From Oscillospiraceae bacterium (GTDB taxonomy: Bacteria; Bacillota; Clostridia; Oscillospirales; Ruminococcaceae), in the NCBI GenBank assembly GCA_051881815.1, contig JBJEQP010000038.1, positions 820 to 64,819 of the forward strand: a stretch of 64,000 bases of DNA. Reading direction: 5' to 3'. The notes beneath the pieces were generated by a model that did no database searches, was not told where the DNA came from, and worked only from the letters and a program-made list of their open reading frames with translations. The first letter of the stretch is position 1, and each line of letters begins with the position of its first letter. Shown piece after piece: positions 17,500 through 27,562 of this stretch. Position numbers and translations under genes: made by a program.

Positions 17500-18078
17500 T
17501 TAGCTGAACATTCCCGAGAAGCCCATGAAGCTTACGGAAACGATCGAAGCAGCGATAAGTGTTGCGGGAACACCCTTGAACATTGCAGGTGTATCGGCAG
17601 CATTGACTCTCTGACGAACACCGCTGAAAATGATGAGTGCAAGGGAGAATCCAAGTCCTGCACCGACAGCGTTTACAAGCGACTGACCGAGGTTGTAGCT
17701 GTTGTCGATATTGAGGATAGTTACGCCGAGAACTGCACAGTTGGTCGTAATGAGCGGAAGGAACACGCCGAGAGTCTTATAAAGCGGCGGAACGGCTTTT
17801 TTCAGGAACATTTCAACTATCTGAACGAAAAGTGCGATGATAAGGATGAATGCAACCGTTTTAAGGTATGTCAATCCGAGCGGAACAAGGATAAACATAT
17901 AGATAGGGTATGTAACGAGAGTTGCACACGCCATAACGAAGGTCACGGCAGCACCCATTCCGACTGCGCTGTCAAATTTCTTTGAAACGCCGAGGAATGG
18001 ACAGATACCCATGAACTTTGAAAGAACGAAGTTGTCAACGAGCATTGCGCTCAATAAAATTACAAGCATAGATCTCAT
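17500..18078 (-). CDS. rnfA: Rnf complex subunit A
   Basis: Six-TM RnfA/NqrE-like sequence; 1-nt overlap with rnfE. Confidence 0.9.
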   Translation of the reverse strand: MRSMLVILLSAMLVDNFVLSKFMGICPFLGVSKKFDSAVGMGAAVTFVMACATLVTYPIYMFILVPLGLTYLKTVAFILIIALFVQIVEMFLKKAVPPLYKTLGVFLPLITTNCAVLGVTILNIDNSYNLGQSLVNAVGAGLGFSLALIIFSGVRQRVNAADTPAMFKGVPATLIAASIVSVSFMGFSGMFS

Positions 18079-18761
18079 TAGTCGTTACCTCCTTCATCCT
18101 TTTTATTGTAGGACAGGCAGCTTGCGGCATTCGGGCAGCCTGCGCAGCCGAGCTCCTGCGGAGGATCCTTCTTTGCGAGCTTGTTTACAACTGCAATGAT
18201 AACGCCGAGTGCGAAGAAGCCGCCTGCAGGCATGATGAATACTGTCATTGTAACGGGAAGATGGAGGTCGATGCCGAACCACTGACCCGAACCGAGTATC
18301 TCACGGATGCTTCCCATGAGGAAGAGAGCAAGGGTAAAGCCGATGCCGTTTCCAAGACCGTCAAGAATGGACTTCCACGGGTTGTTCTTGGAAGCGAAGG
18401 CCTCTGCACGGCCGAGGATGATACAGTTAACGGTGATAAGCGAAAGGAAAAGTCCGAGGCTGTCGTAAAGCGCAGGGATATAGCCCTTTAGAAGGAACTC
18501 GATAAGCGTTACGAAGCTTGCGATAACAACGATAAAGCAAGGAAGACGTACAGCCTTCGGGATGATATTTTTAAGCAGGGAGATAACGAGGTTGGAGCAT
18601 ACGAGAACGAAGGTAGTCGCAAGTCCCATACCGATGCCGTTAGAAGCCATTGTTGTAACGGCGAGAGTCGGACACATACCGAGCAGGGTAACGAATACGG
18701 GGTTTTCCTTGATTATGCCCTTTACAAGCTCGAAGGTGCTGCTTTTTTTATTCTCACTCAC
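18078..18761 (-). CDS. rnfE: Rnf complex subunit E
   Basis: RnfE/NqrD-like polytopic protein ('NPVFVTLLGMCPTLAVTT'). Confidence 0.9.
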   Translation of the reverse strand: MSENKKSSTFELVKGIIKENPVFVTLLGMCPTLAVTTMASNGIGMGLATTFVLVCSNLVISLLKNIIPKAVRLPCFIVVIASFVTLIEFLLKGYIPALYDSLGLFLSLITVNCIILGRAEAFASKNNPWKSILDGLGNGIGFTLALFLMGSIREILGSGQWFGIDLHLPVTMTVFIMPAGGFFALGVIIAVVNKLAKKDPPQELGCAGCPNAASCLSYNKKDEGGND

Positions 18762-19410
18762 TTGCGGTCACTCCTTCCATTTCATTGTAGGCATTAAGAG
18801 CGATCGTAACAGCTCTGTATGTGCCCTTTGAAGATAATGTTGCGCCTGTGATAGCGTCAAGCTCAAATTCATCGCTTACGGGAGCGGCAGCTGCTTCTGC
18901 TTTGAGAGCTTCGATCTCTTCCGCACTGCCCCATACGAACTTCTTGGGGGAATTGTCTTCCTCAACAGCCTTCGGGAGCTTGTCAAAGGTAAGTCCCTTA
19001 AACTGGTCACGGAATTCGGGGAGATCCTTTATCTTTGTACCAAGACCGGGTGTTTCTCCGAGTGAAAGCACGGAAACGCCAATAACTGCGCCGCTTGCGT
19101 CCATACCGACGAGAACGTGGATACCGCCGCTTGAGTAGCCGTCAGTTGTGATCTCGAAGGCTGCATTGCCGTTTGCGTCGGTGAGAACGCAGGTAACGCC
19201 TTCGGGAGCATAGATATTGTTGTTTTCGTCAAGCTTCATCTCAAAGCCTTCCGAAGTGCCGTAGATCTCTTCAAGTCCTGCTGTCATAGCTTCCGTAACA
19301 ACGCCCGTGTTGTCAACGTAGGTTGCATTATAAGCGATAACAAGAAGCGCGCAGGTGATAAGGCAGATAAGAGTAAGCACGAGCGAAGGCTGTATCTTTT
19401 CTTTAAACAT
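18754..19410 (-). CDS. rnfG: Rnf complex subunit G (FMN-binding)
   Basis: N-terminal anchor and flavinylation motif 'DAITGATLSS'. Confidence 0.9.
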   Translation of the reverse strand: MFKEKIQPSLVLTLICLITCALLVIAYNATYVDNTGVVTEAMTAGLEEIYGTSEGFEMKLDENNNIYAPEGVTCVLTDANGNAAFEITTDGYSSGGIHVLVGMDASGAVIGVSVLSLGETPGLGTKIKDLPEFRDQFKGLTFDKLPKAVEEDNSPKKFVWGSAEEIEALKAEAAAAPVSDEFELDAITGATLSSKGTYRAVTIALNAYNEMEGVTASE

Positions 19411-20366
19411 TACTTTGCAGCCTCCTTTACGGGTTTATTGGCACCGAGCGGCTTTGTTCTGCAAAGCTTGTCGATGTAAGGAGTAAGAAGGTTCATAAGG
19501 AGGATTGAGAAGGATACGCCCTCGGGGAATGAACCGAACTGACGGATAACGAATGTGATGATCGCACAGCCTGTGCCGAATACGATCTTGCCCTTTGTTG
19601 TGAGCGGAGTTGTAGCATAGTCGGTAGCCATAAAGAACGCACCGATCATAAGACCGCCTGCAAGGAGCTGGTAAACGGTGACCGTAAGGCTGCCTGTGTA
19701 GATAAGTGTAAGAGCGCCGAAAACGCCGATGAAAGCGATCGGAGTTGCAGGAGAGATTATCCTTGTAACGATAAGGAAGATGCCGCCGATGATAAGTGCA
19801 AGCGCACAGGTCTCACCGATGCAGCCGCCTGTGCTGCCGAGGAGCATATCCTTGAAGGTGAACGGAGAAACCATAGCAGAACCGTTGTCGTACCAGCCTG
19901 CTGCGAGCGGTGTAGCGCCCGTTGCTGTATCAAACGGAAGTACCCAGTTTGTCATCTCCGACGAGAATGATACCATAAGTACGATCCTTGCTGCGATAGC
20001 AGGGTTAGCAAAGTTCTGACCGATACCGCCGAAAAGCTGCTTAACGATAACGATAGCGAAGAAGCTTCCGATGAGCGGAATATAGAACGGCACAGTCGCA
20101 GGAAGGTTCATTCCGAGAAGAAGACCCGTAACAACTGCGGAGAGGTCGGAAACCGTCTGCTGTTTCTTTGCAGCGACTGCGAAAAGCCATTCAAAAGCAA
20201 CGCAGTAGATGATACATTGTATAAGAACAAGAGCGGCTTTCACGCCGAAGTAAACGCAGCCCATAACAGCTGCAGGCAGAAGAGCAATGATGACCATGAG
20301 CATGATCTTCTGCGTAGTAAGTCCGGCACTTCTGTGAGGTGACGGAGAAACTCTTAAACCTGTCAT
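19410..20366 (-). CDS. rnfD: Rnf complex subunit D
   Basis: Start chosen at 'MTGLRVSPSPH' behind AAGGAG; a GTG 18 nt upstream is also possible. Flavinylation motif 'TATGATPLA'. Confidence 0.9.
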   Translation of the reverse strand: MTGLRVSPSPHRSAGLTTQKIMLMVIIALLPAAVMGCVYFGVKAALVLIQCIIYCVAFEWLFAVAAKKQQTVSDLSAVVTGLLLGMNLPATVPFYIPLIGSFFAIVIVKQLFGGIGQNFANPAIAARIVLMVSFSSEMTNWVLPFDTATGATPLAAGWYDNGSAMVSPFTFKDMLLGSTGGCIGETCALALIIGGIFLIVTRIISPATPIAFIGVFGALTLIYTGSLTVTVYQLLAGGLMIGAFFMATDYATTPLTTKGKIVFGTGCAIITFVIRQFGSFPEGVSFSILLMNLLTPYIDKLCRTKPLGANKPVKEAAK

Positions 20367-20380
20367 AATATTCTCCTTTC

Positions 20381-21682
20381 TCACTTCTTTGGTGCAGGTC
20401 GGGGCAGAAGTCCCTTTGCAAGCTGATTTGATTCTGCGAGCGGCTTGTGTGCAGGACAGATATACGAGCAGCAGCCGCAGTTCATGCAGAGCGATACTTT
20501 AAGCTCCAGGAGAGCTTCAACATCCTTTGACTTGTAAGCGCGGAGAATAAGATTCGGCATAAGGTTCATAGGACAGACCTTTATGCAGTTTCCGCAGCGG
20601 ATACAAGCGGTTTCCTTTTCTTCCTTGACTTCATTGAAAGCAAGAACAGCGTTTGTTGTTTTAAGAACGGGCTGATCTGTGTCATAAACTGGGAAGCCCA
20701 TCATAGGCCCGCCGTAGAGGACCTTTTTCGGGTTTTCTGCGCCGCCGAATTCAAGAAGATCGGAAAGTCTTGTTCCGATAGGAACGATGTAGTTGCCGTT
20801 GTTCTTCGTTACAGCGTCGCCGTCAAGCGTAAGTCGCTTTGCAACGAGCGGCATACCCGTCTTGCAGTAGGTGCTTACGAAAGCGGCGGAAGAAACGTTC
20901 ATTACCATAACGCCCTGATTTGCGGGGAGCTCGCCTTCCTCAACGACTCTCCCCGTAGCGGAGAAAATGATGACCTTTTCTGCGCCCTGCGGATAGGTAG
21001 AGGGAAGAGTTACGATTTCAACGGCTTTGTTGTCGGCTGTCTTATGCTTCAAAAGAGTGATAGCCTCGGGCTTGTTGCTTTCGATGCAAATTTTGCAGTT
21101 GGGTATTTCGAGCCATTTCTGAACGAGTGCGATACCGTCAAGAACATCATCGGGAGCTTCTACCATCTGGCGGAAGTCGGATGTGATGAAGGGTTCACAC
21201 TCTGCTGCGTTGATAACGAGAGTGTCGATAGGCGTCTTTGAGGGGTCAAATCCCATTTTTACGTGTGCAGGGAAGCCTGCGCCGCCAAGACCTGCAAGAC
21301 CGCTCTCACGCATAGCAGCGATAAAGGACTTTCGGTCGGTGATAACGGGAGCTTTTACGCTCTCATCGGGCTTCTGCTCTCCGTCTGTGTCGATAACAGC
21401 AGCCTTGCAGGTGCCGCCGCCCGGAAGAAGGTAGTCTGTGACAGCGTTTACCGTACCCGAAACGGGCGAATGGATCGGAACGGACATAAAAGCGTCCGTG
21501 TCACCGATCTTCTGACCGACGAAAACGGCATCTCCTGCCTTGACAAGACAATTGCATGGCGCTCCCATCGACTGTGACATCGGAACCATGACCTGCTTCG
21601 GCAGCGGAAAAGCCGCTGTTGCGCAGTCCTGCGTTCTTTTGTCATGCGACAGATGTACACCGTTAAGTTTTTTCATCTGCAT
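20381..21682 (-). CDS. rnfC: Rnf complex subunit C
   Basis: 'GLAGLGGAGFPAHVK' plus two 4Fe-4S motifs, 'CIRCGNCIKVCP' and 'CMNCGCCSYICP'. Confidence 0.9.
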   Translation of the reverse strand: MQMKKLNGVHLSHDKRTQDCATAAFPLPKQVMVPMSQSMGAPCNCLVKAGDAVFVGQKIGDTDAFMSVPIHSPVSGTVNAVTDYLLPGGGTCKAAVIDTDGEQKPDESVKAPVITDRKSFIAAMRESGLAGLGGAGFPAHVKMGFDPSKTPIDTLVINAAECEPFITSDFRQMVEAPDDVLDGIALVQKWLEIPNCKICIESNKPEAITLLKHKTADNKAVEIVTLPSTYPQGAEKVIIFSATGRVVEEGELPANQGVMVMNVSSAAFVSTYCKTGMPLVAKRLTLDGDAVTKNNGNYIVPIGTRLSDLLEFGGAENPKKVLYGGPMMGFPVYDTDQPVLKTTNAVLAFNEVKEEKETACIRCGNCIKVCPMNLMPNLILRAYKSKDVEALLELKVSLCMNCGCCSYICPAHKPLAESNQLAKGLLPRPAPKK

Positions 21683-21889
21683 ATTCCTCCATGATCAAAA
21701 AATGCTTTTTATACTAATAATCGGGGATCAGTATAAGATATTTATATCGGTTCGGGAAAATATCCCTATTTGATAAACAAATTTCAATGCAGGGGCAGGG
21801 TCTACCTGCCCGTTTTACAAATGATATGTTTGGGTGGGACGGGAAACCCGTCATTTACAAGTTGTATTTGTATTATAAAGAAATTTTTA

Positions 21890-21988
21890 TACTAATCCCG
21901 ATTATAAAGTGTACAAAAAATCAAGCAAAATCTCGCATATATGGATTTTGCGCAGATTTTTTGTCTACACTTTAATGAGGGATTAGTA
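21890..21988 (+). repeat. structured dispersed repeat, copy 5 (minimal form)
   Basis: 99 nt. TACTAATCCCGATTATAAAGTGTAC ... GTCTACACTTTAATGAGGGATTAGTA. Abuts the stop codon of the Gx-transporter gene and lies upstream of rnfC. Confidence 0.75.
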
Positions 21989-22504
21989 TTAAAGCCGTGA
22001 AATGCGGTTTTTCAGCTGCGGAACGAGCCTTCCCGAAACCGCACCGGTGAAAAAGCCCGAAGCTGTTGCAGTAACAAGCAGCAGCGGAGCATAATATAAG
22101 GTATAAGCGCTGCCCGTGAAAAAACAGGCTGCGGTAAGCTGACCGAATATATGAAGCACCGCTCCCGAAACGCTCACTCCGATGTAGGAAGCATTCGTTT
22201 TTTTCAGCAGGAGCACCGTTGCCGCAAACGCAGGAAGCCCTCCGCAGAGCGACATAACGCCTGCTGTAAAGCCTCTTGTCAGCAGCACGAACGCCGATTT
22301 CAGCACCGTAATTATAAGTGCTGTCGGGGCGTTTATACATTCCGCCGCACAAAGCACAACGATGTTCGCAAGTCCTATCCTCACTCCTGCAGGCAGGAAT
22401 GCCGAAAGCAGGCTTTCTATCGTTGTAAGTGCGACCGCAAGCGCAAGCAGTATCCCCGTTACCGAAGCATAGCTTGCCGACGATCTGAATGGATTAAGCT
22501 TCAT
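21989..22504 (-). CDS. Gx transporter family membrane protein (heptaprenyl diphosphate synthase component I-like)
   Basis: Five-TM protein with 'IESLLSAFLPAGVRIGLANIVVL' typical of this family. Confidence 0.7.
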   Translation of the reverse strand: MKLNPFRSSASYASVTGILLALAVALTTIESLLSAFLPAGVRIGLANIVVLCAAECINAPTALIITVLKSAFVLLTRGFTAGVMSLCGGLPAFAATVLLLKKTNASYIGVSVSGAVLHIFGQLTAACFFTGSAYTLYYAPLLLVTATASGFFTGAVSGRLVPQLKNRISRL

Positions 22505-22515
22505 TACTTTTCCTT

Positions 22516-22914
22516 TTAGTTTAAAACTACATCTATATTACTGTCTGTATTGACGTTCTCATCAATTATGCGAACAGAGATACGGTTCGGAAGACAGACT
22601 ATCGCCTGCATCGGAGAGGTGATAAAGCCTGTTTTTTCGCATATCTTATCGGGACAGTCCGAGTCGGATATCCTGACCCTTCCGTCCTTTATCTCAACGG
22701 TCACGCCGTATTCCTCAAACGGATAGATACCGTCCTTATTAAGCGGAAGCAGAGCAGTCTGTTCTCCGCTGTGAAAAACGGCGGCGTTTGAACCGCTTTT
22801 TGCCGAAGCTCCCCGAAATATCAGCGTCAGCGCAAAAACAGCCAGCGCTGCTATAACAATTATTATGTCGGTCGGTTTAAAGGTTTTCCGTGAGGGTGAA
22901 GCCTGAATTTTCAT
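22516..22914 (-). CDS. NusG domain II-containing protein (DUF1312-like), membrane anchored
   Basis: TM anchor then 'VEIKDGRVRISDSDCPDKICEKTGFITSPMQAIVCLPNRISVRI'. Start uncertain: the ORF is open to 23022 but that stretch overlaps apbE. Confidence 0.65.
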   Translation of the reverse strand: MKIQASPSRKTFKPTDIIIVIAALAVFALTLIFRGASAKSGSNAAVFHSGEQTALLPLNKDGIYPFEEYGVTVEIKDGRVRISDSDCPDKICEKTGFITSPMQAIVCLPNRISVRIIDENVNTDSNIDVVLN

Positions 22915-23902
22915 AAAGGGTAAAATCAACTCCTGCGCTGACATAGACGTTGTTGTTTTTGTCTGCCGCAACAATTCCAAACTTGGCATCATCAAATTCG
23001 TTTTCCTGCGACATAAACTCACGGAGAGCGGATGTTCCGCCGCTGTAGATCGCAGTTGCGAGCAGGTCGGTATAGATGCCGCCGTTTTCCGTTTCCGCAG
23101 ATGTGATGACCGTCACCGAGCAGAGGTCGGTCTGTACGGGCATTCCCGTTTCGGGCGAAAGGATATGTTCATATTTAACGCCATTTTCCTCGAAGTAACG
23201 CTCATAGCCGCCGCTTGTTGAGATAAATGCGGCGTCCGTGGTTATCGTTCCGAGGTAGGCGGATGGTGAAGTCGGGTCCTTTACGGCTGCTCTGAACTTT
23301 GAGCGGTCGGGTTTAACGCCATAGAGAAGCGTTGACGAGCCGAGCGAAACGATCTGACAGCCTGCGTTCGCTTTGTCAAGACGGTCTTTCACCTTGTCGC
23401 AGGCGAAGCCCTTGGCAGAAGCACCGAAGTCGAGCATCGTTCCTTCGGGCATTGATGAAAACAGCGTTCCTTCGCCCGTTATGGTTTCAAGCGCAGCGGA
23501 AAGCTCACTCTCATCGGGGACATGAGGATGTTCGCCCGATATCCCCCAGAGCTTTGTAAGTGCGCCACAGGTGAAGTTTATGCTTTCGCCGAAAATGCCG
23601 TCAAAGCGATCGCCCCATTCACGGCAGATATCTGCACATTCAAGTATATTCGCATACTTTTCATCGGTAAGCTCGTTCGCTTTTTTATTGTATGTTTCGC
23701 TGAATTCCTCGTCCAGGGCGGTCAGAAGATCCCTTGTTCCGCTGTCCGAGCAGTCGTAGCAGGTTATGCTGACGTATGTATCGAACAGGAACAGCTCCGT
23801 TGTCCGGGGCTTTTGTACGGATCTTGCCGAGCAGGAGCAGAGCAGAAAACAGGAGAGTAAAACGCACAGAAAACGTTTAAGTTTAAAATTTAAAATACTC
23901 AT
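22877..23902 (-). CDS. apbE: FAD:protein FMN transferase (ApbE/Ftp), lipoprotein
   Basis: Lipobox 'LLCSCSA'. ApbE-type blocks 'LDFGASAKGFA', 'ISTSGGYERYF', 'HILSPETGMP'. Confidence 0.85.
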   Translation of the reverse strand: MSILNFKLKRFLCVLLSCFLLCSCSARSVQKPRTTELFLFDTYVSITCYDCSDSGTRDLLTALDEEFSETYNKKANELTDEKYANILECADICREWGDRFDGIFGESINFTCGALTKLWGISGEHPHVPDESELSAALETITGEGTLFSSMPEGTMLDFGASAKGFACDKVKDRLDKANAGCQIVSLGSSTLLYGVKPDRSKFRAAVKDPTSPSAYLGTITTDAAFISTSGGYERYFEENGVKYEHILSPETGMPVQTDLCSVTVITSAETENGGIYTDLLATAIYSGGTSALREFMSQENEFDDAKFGIVAADKNNNVYVSAGVDFTLYENSGFTLTENL

Positions 23903-24110
23903 ACATACTAATTTTATCTCAATTATTTCTTTACGTCAAGTGATTTCAAAATTTACCGTAAAATACGGCGTTTCGTACAAAACTTTTGCACGACACAACA
24001 TTTGTTTTATAATTTTGTATCGGAATTTTACCGACATTTAAATTAATAATAAAAAATCCCGCTTTTTGTTCAAAAGCGGAATTCTGTCTTGATTTTCGGA
24101 TATAAAAAGC

Positions 24111-24818
24111 TTATTTTGAGCTGTCGCTTATGATCTTTATCCTTGCTTCGCTGTTCTTCACAACGTTGAGAAGCGAAGAAGCCGAGCCTGCATATTCCTC
24201 CGAAAGCGTTGAAGCGGTGATGATGTTGCTGTCGCTTTCCGAAGCAATGTCATTTTCACCGAACACGACTCCTTTAGCCGCTGCGGAAGCCTCTGCTTCG
24301 CACATTGCCATTGCAGCCGAAGCAGAACCCGAAGCCGCGATCTCGGGGATAGTGAAGAAGCGCTGGTCGTTCTTCGTGTTTGAGGAATATACTATGCGGA
24401 ACATTTTGTATATTGCAAGCATCATATACGAAGAAACAGCTTTCATAATGGTATTGCTGCCCGTTTTCTGGATAAGAGAGAACAGGACATTGAGCGAATT
24501 TACGATGAGCTTTCTGTTGAAGGCTGCCATCATGCTGCCGCCTGCTGCGATCTTTCCCGAGTTTGAATCCTGCTCGGGGATATCTTCGTATGATATTGTC
24601 TTTCCTGCAGGTTCGGGCGAGCGTCCGAGCAGATAGTCGCAGGAAACGTTATAATAGTCTGCAGCCTTGACAAGAAATTCAAGACCGCATTCACGGATAC
24701 CTTTTTCATAATGTGAAAGCAGCGCTTGTGATATTCCCAGATCCGCTGCTGCGTTTTTTTGACTGATGCCTCGTTCTTTCCTTAAAAGGGTAATGATTCT
24801 TGGAAAGTCGGAATTCAT
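24111..24818 (-). CDS. XRE-family HTH regulator with unknown C-terminal domain
   Basis: 'LLRKERGISQKNAAADLGISQALLSHYEKG'. Confidence 0.7.
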   Translation of the reverse strand: MNSDFPRIITLLRKERGISQKNAAADLGISQALLSHYEKGIRECGLEFLVKAADYYNVSCDYLLGRSPEPAGKTISYEDIPEQDSNSGKIAAGGSMMAAFNRKLIVNSLNVLFSLIQKTGSNTIMKAVSSYMMLAIYKMFRIVYSSNTKNDQRFFTIPEIAASGSASAAMAMCEAEASAAAKGVVFGENDIASESDSNIITASTLSEEYAGSASSLLNVVKNSEARIKIISDSSK

Positions 24819-25206
24819 CTTGTCACCTCCCGATCGTTCTCATAACATAATTATCAATATTTCTCTCTTTTGTGACAATTACATACAGTAAATTATATCC
24901 TACAACGTACAATTTGTAAAGAGGATTTGCAGAAAAAACTCGATAAATGTTATAAATGTTTTTTGTGGATGTTACATAATGGTAAAACAGGCGTTTCATA
25001 CGCAGAATCGGCAAAATACAAGATATTGTGGCATATTTTCAATGTATTGTCAAGATGTTGAAAAGCTGTAATTTTGTGAATAATTGGATAAAATGTAAAT
25101 TTTGTTTGTATAAATTATACTGCCGCAAGGGTCTTATTGACAAAGAACCGGGCGTGGGATATACTATTATTATCTTACAATGATTTGGAAAACAAGGAAG
25201 GCTCGT

Positions 25207-25845
25207 ATGAACGGATATAAGATAACATTTATACGCAACGGCATGACCGAAGCGAATGAAAAAGGAATATATATAGGAAAGTCCGACTGGCCGCTCTCCG
25301 ACAAGGGCAGGGAGGAGCTTGAGGAAAAAGCAAAGGTCTACGCTTACCCGAAGGTGAACAGAGTCTATTCGAGTCCGCTCACCCGTGCGCTGCAGACGGC
25401 GGAGATAATCTTCCCCGACCGTGAGATCGTTATTTGCGACGAGATGACCGAGATGGATTTCGGCGTTTTTGAGGGGATCGAGCTCAAGGAGCTGCTTGAG
25501 CTGGACAGCTACCACAACTGGATAAAGGGCGGTCTTGACAATCCTCCGCCGAACGGTGAAAGCCTGCGCAATATGATAAACCGCAGCCTTTCGGGACTTA
25601 ACCTTATTATAATGGATATGATGAAGGAAAATATTCACGAAGCCGGAGTTGTGACTCATTCGGGGATACTGATGAACCTTATGTCCTGCTTCGGGCTGCC
25701 GAAGATGAAGCCGATGGAGTTTGCCTGCGAACCGGGCGAGGGATATATGGTCAATGTATCGGCTATGCTCTGGCAGAACGGCGGTGTGTTTGAGATACTC
25801 GGCAAAGTGCCGTTCGAGAATGCCGCAGATTACAATGAATTTTAA
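25207..25845 (+). CDS. histidine-phosphatase (phosphoglycerate mutase) superfamily protein with RNG in place of the RHG motif
   Basis: 'ITFIRNGMTEANEKGIYIGKSDWPLSDKG' and 'VVTHSGIL'. The catalytic His position reads Asn. Confidence 0.7.
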   Translation: MNGYKITFIRNGMTEANEKGIYIGKSDWPLSDKGREELEEKAKVYAYPKVNRVYSSPLTRALQTAEIIFPDREIVICDEMTEMDFGVFEGIELKELLELDSYHNWIKGGLDNPPPNGESLRNMINRSLSGLNLIIMDMMKENIHEAGVVTHSGILMNLMSCFGLPKMKPMEFACEPGEGYMVNVSAMLWQNGGVFEILGKVPFENAADYNEF

Positions 25846-25857
25846 GGAGATCGGGCA

Positions 25858-26703
25858 ATGAAAAGCTTTGATAACGAGCGCTACAGACATCAGGCGGCTG
25901 AAAGGCTCAAATTCTGCTGGGGCGAATGCGTCGGAGAGGTATTGGTCATTACTGCGATAATTACCATAGCTGCGATACTGTTTCTTATAGCGGTGGAATG
26001 TCTTTTCAGGGCAGGCGTCATAAGCTTCGGTATAAGCGATCTCGGCTCGGGCGGAAGTAAGCTCGCAGCTGCGGCGGCGATATACATTTTACTGCTTTAT
26101 ATTGTGCTTATTCCGTTAAAATACGGTGCAGCTTGGTTCTATTTTCAGGAGGCTTGCTCAACGACAGTTCCCGGCTCGGGATTTTTCAGCTGCTATATGC
26201 ACGGAAAGCACATAAAGGACACACTCGGATTGGAATTCATGGTAATAGCAAGAAGAGTTGGAGTCGCTGCTTTTCCGATAGCATTCATAGTTTTTATGGT
26301 TATGCATTTCAGATGGCTGGTTGAAGTGGATCCGTCAATGGCGGCGGCATCTCTTGCAGTTCTGACTATTGTCGGCGCGCTGCTTGTTTTTATGTACATA
26401 ATCTTTCACCTGCGGTATATTTTCGTACCGTATCTTTATGCATCCGACCCCGAAAAATCGCCGAAAGAGATAATTGCCGAAAGCGTAAGAGTGGCGAAGG
26501 GCAGCAGGTTCGGAATAATTAAGCTGGTATTCTCGCTGGCTCCGTTCTGGATAAGCTGCGTTCTGGTATTTCCGCTGATATTTGTTATACCATATACAAA
26601 GATGACGTTTGCGTCGGCGGCTGCGGAGATATTTTATTCGTACCGTTCGGATGAACAGCATATCGAAAAAGCCGAGAGCGGCAAGGAGGAAGCGCTTGTC
26701 TGA
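25858..26703 (+). CDS. polytopic membrane protein, hypothetical
   Basis: About 6 TM helices; no motif recognised. Confidence 0.5.
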   Translation: MKSFDNERYRHQAAERLKFCWGECVGEVLVITAIITIAAILFLIAVECLFRAGVISFGISDLGSGGSKLAAAAAIYILLLYIVLIPLKYGAAWFYFQEACSTTVPGSGFFSCYMHGKHIKDTLGLEFMVIARRVGVAAFPIAFIVFMVMHFRWLVEVDPSMAAASLAVLTIVGALLVFMYIIFHLRYIFVPYLYASDPEKSPKEIIAESVRVAKGSRFGIIKLVFSLAPFWISCVLVFPLIFVIPYTKMTFASAAAEIFYSYRSDEQHIEKAESGKEEALV

Positions 26704-27562
26704 TATTATATCCGAAAGAAAGATTGAATTTACCGTCACCGCCGAGGATGATGGAAAGAATGTCGGGGAGTTCCTGCGTAAAAGCGGAGCTTCCCGTCGT
26801 CTTATTACAAAGCTTAAAAGGGTGAGCGGAGGAATAACGCTCAACGGTGCGCCTGCACGAACTGTGGATATCGTCCGTGAGGGCGACACTGCGGCTATTG
26901 AAATGCAGAGCGGCGAACCGCTTGACGAAAATCCCGATCTGAATGCGCCGATCATTTACGAGGATGATGATGTCGTTGTATATGACAAGCCTGTCGATAT
27001 GCCCGTTCATCCGTCGCATCGGCACAGGCTTGACACGCTCGGGAATCTTTTTGCCGCACAGCACGGAGATATGACGTTCCGCCCGATAAACCGCCTTGAC
27101 AAAGACACATCGGGGCTTTGCGCCGTTGCGAAGAATTCATTTTCGGCGTCGGTGCTTTCGGGAAATATCGAAAAAACGTATTTCGCTGTAGTCTGTGGAA
27201 GGCTCTCGGGCAGCGGAAGGATAGACGCTCCGATAGGCCGCTGCGACGGTTCGGTGATAACGAGAGAGATCCGTTCCGACGGTCAGCAGGCTGTTACGAA
27301 TTATACCGTTCTTGACGGAAATGAAGAATACACGCTTGTCCGAATAAAGCTTGAAACGGGAAGAACGCACCAGATAAGAGTGCATTTTGCCCATATCGGA
27401 CACCCTCTTGCAGGGGATGATATGTACGGCGGCGATGTTACCGACATTGCACACCAGGCTCTCCACTGCGGCGAGCTGGAATTTACGCTTCCCGTTACGC
27501 TCGAAAAAATATGTCTTTCCTCACCGATAAGAGAGGATATGCTTTCTTTATTGAGAAAATAG
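26696..27562 (+). CDS. RluA-family pseudouridine synthase
   Basis: S4-like N-terminus, catalytic 'NRLDKDTSGL', 'GRTHQIRVHFAHIGHPLAGDDMYGG'. Start uncertain: TTG at 26696 overlaps the upstream stop, and ATG at 26609 or 26651 is also possible. Confidence 0.8.
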   Translation: MSDIISERKIEFTVTAEDDGKNVGEFLRKSGASRRLITKLKRVSGGITLNGAPARTVDIVREGDTAAIEMQSGEPLDENPDLNAPIIYEDDDVVVYDKPVDMPVHPSHRHRLDTLGNLFAAQHGDMTFRPINRLDKDTSGLCAVAKNSFSASVLSGNIEKTYFAVVCGRLSGSGRIDAPIGRCDGSVITREIRSDGQQAVTNYTVLDGNEEYTLVRIKLETGRTHQIRVHFAHIGHPLAGDDMYGGDVTDIAHQALHCGELEFTLPVTLEKICLSSPIREDMLSLLRK

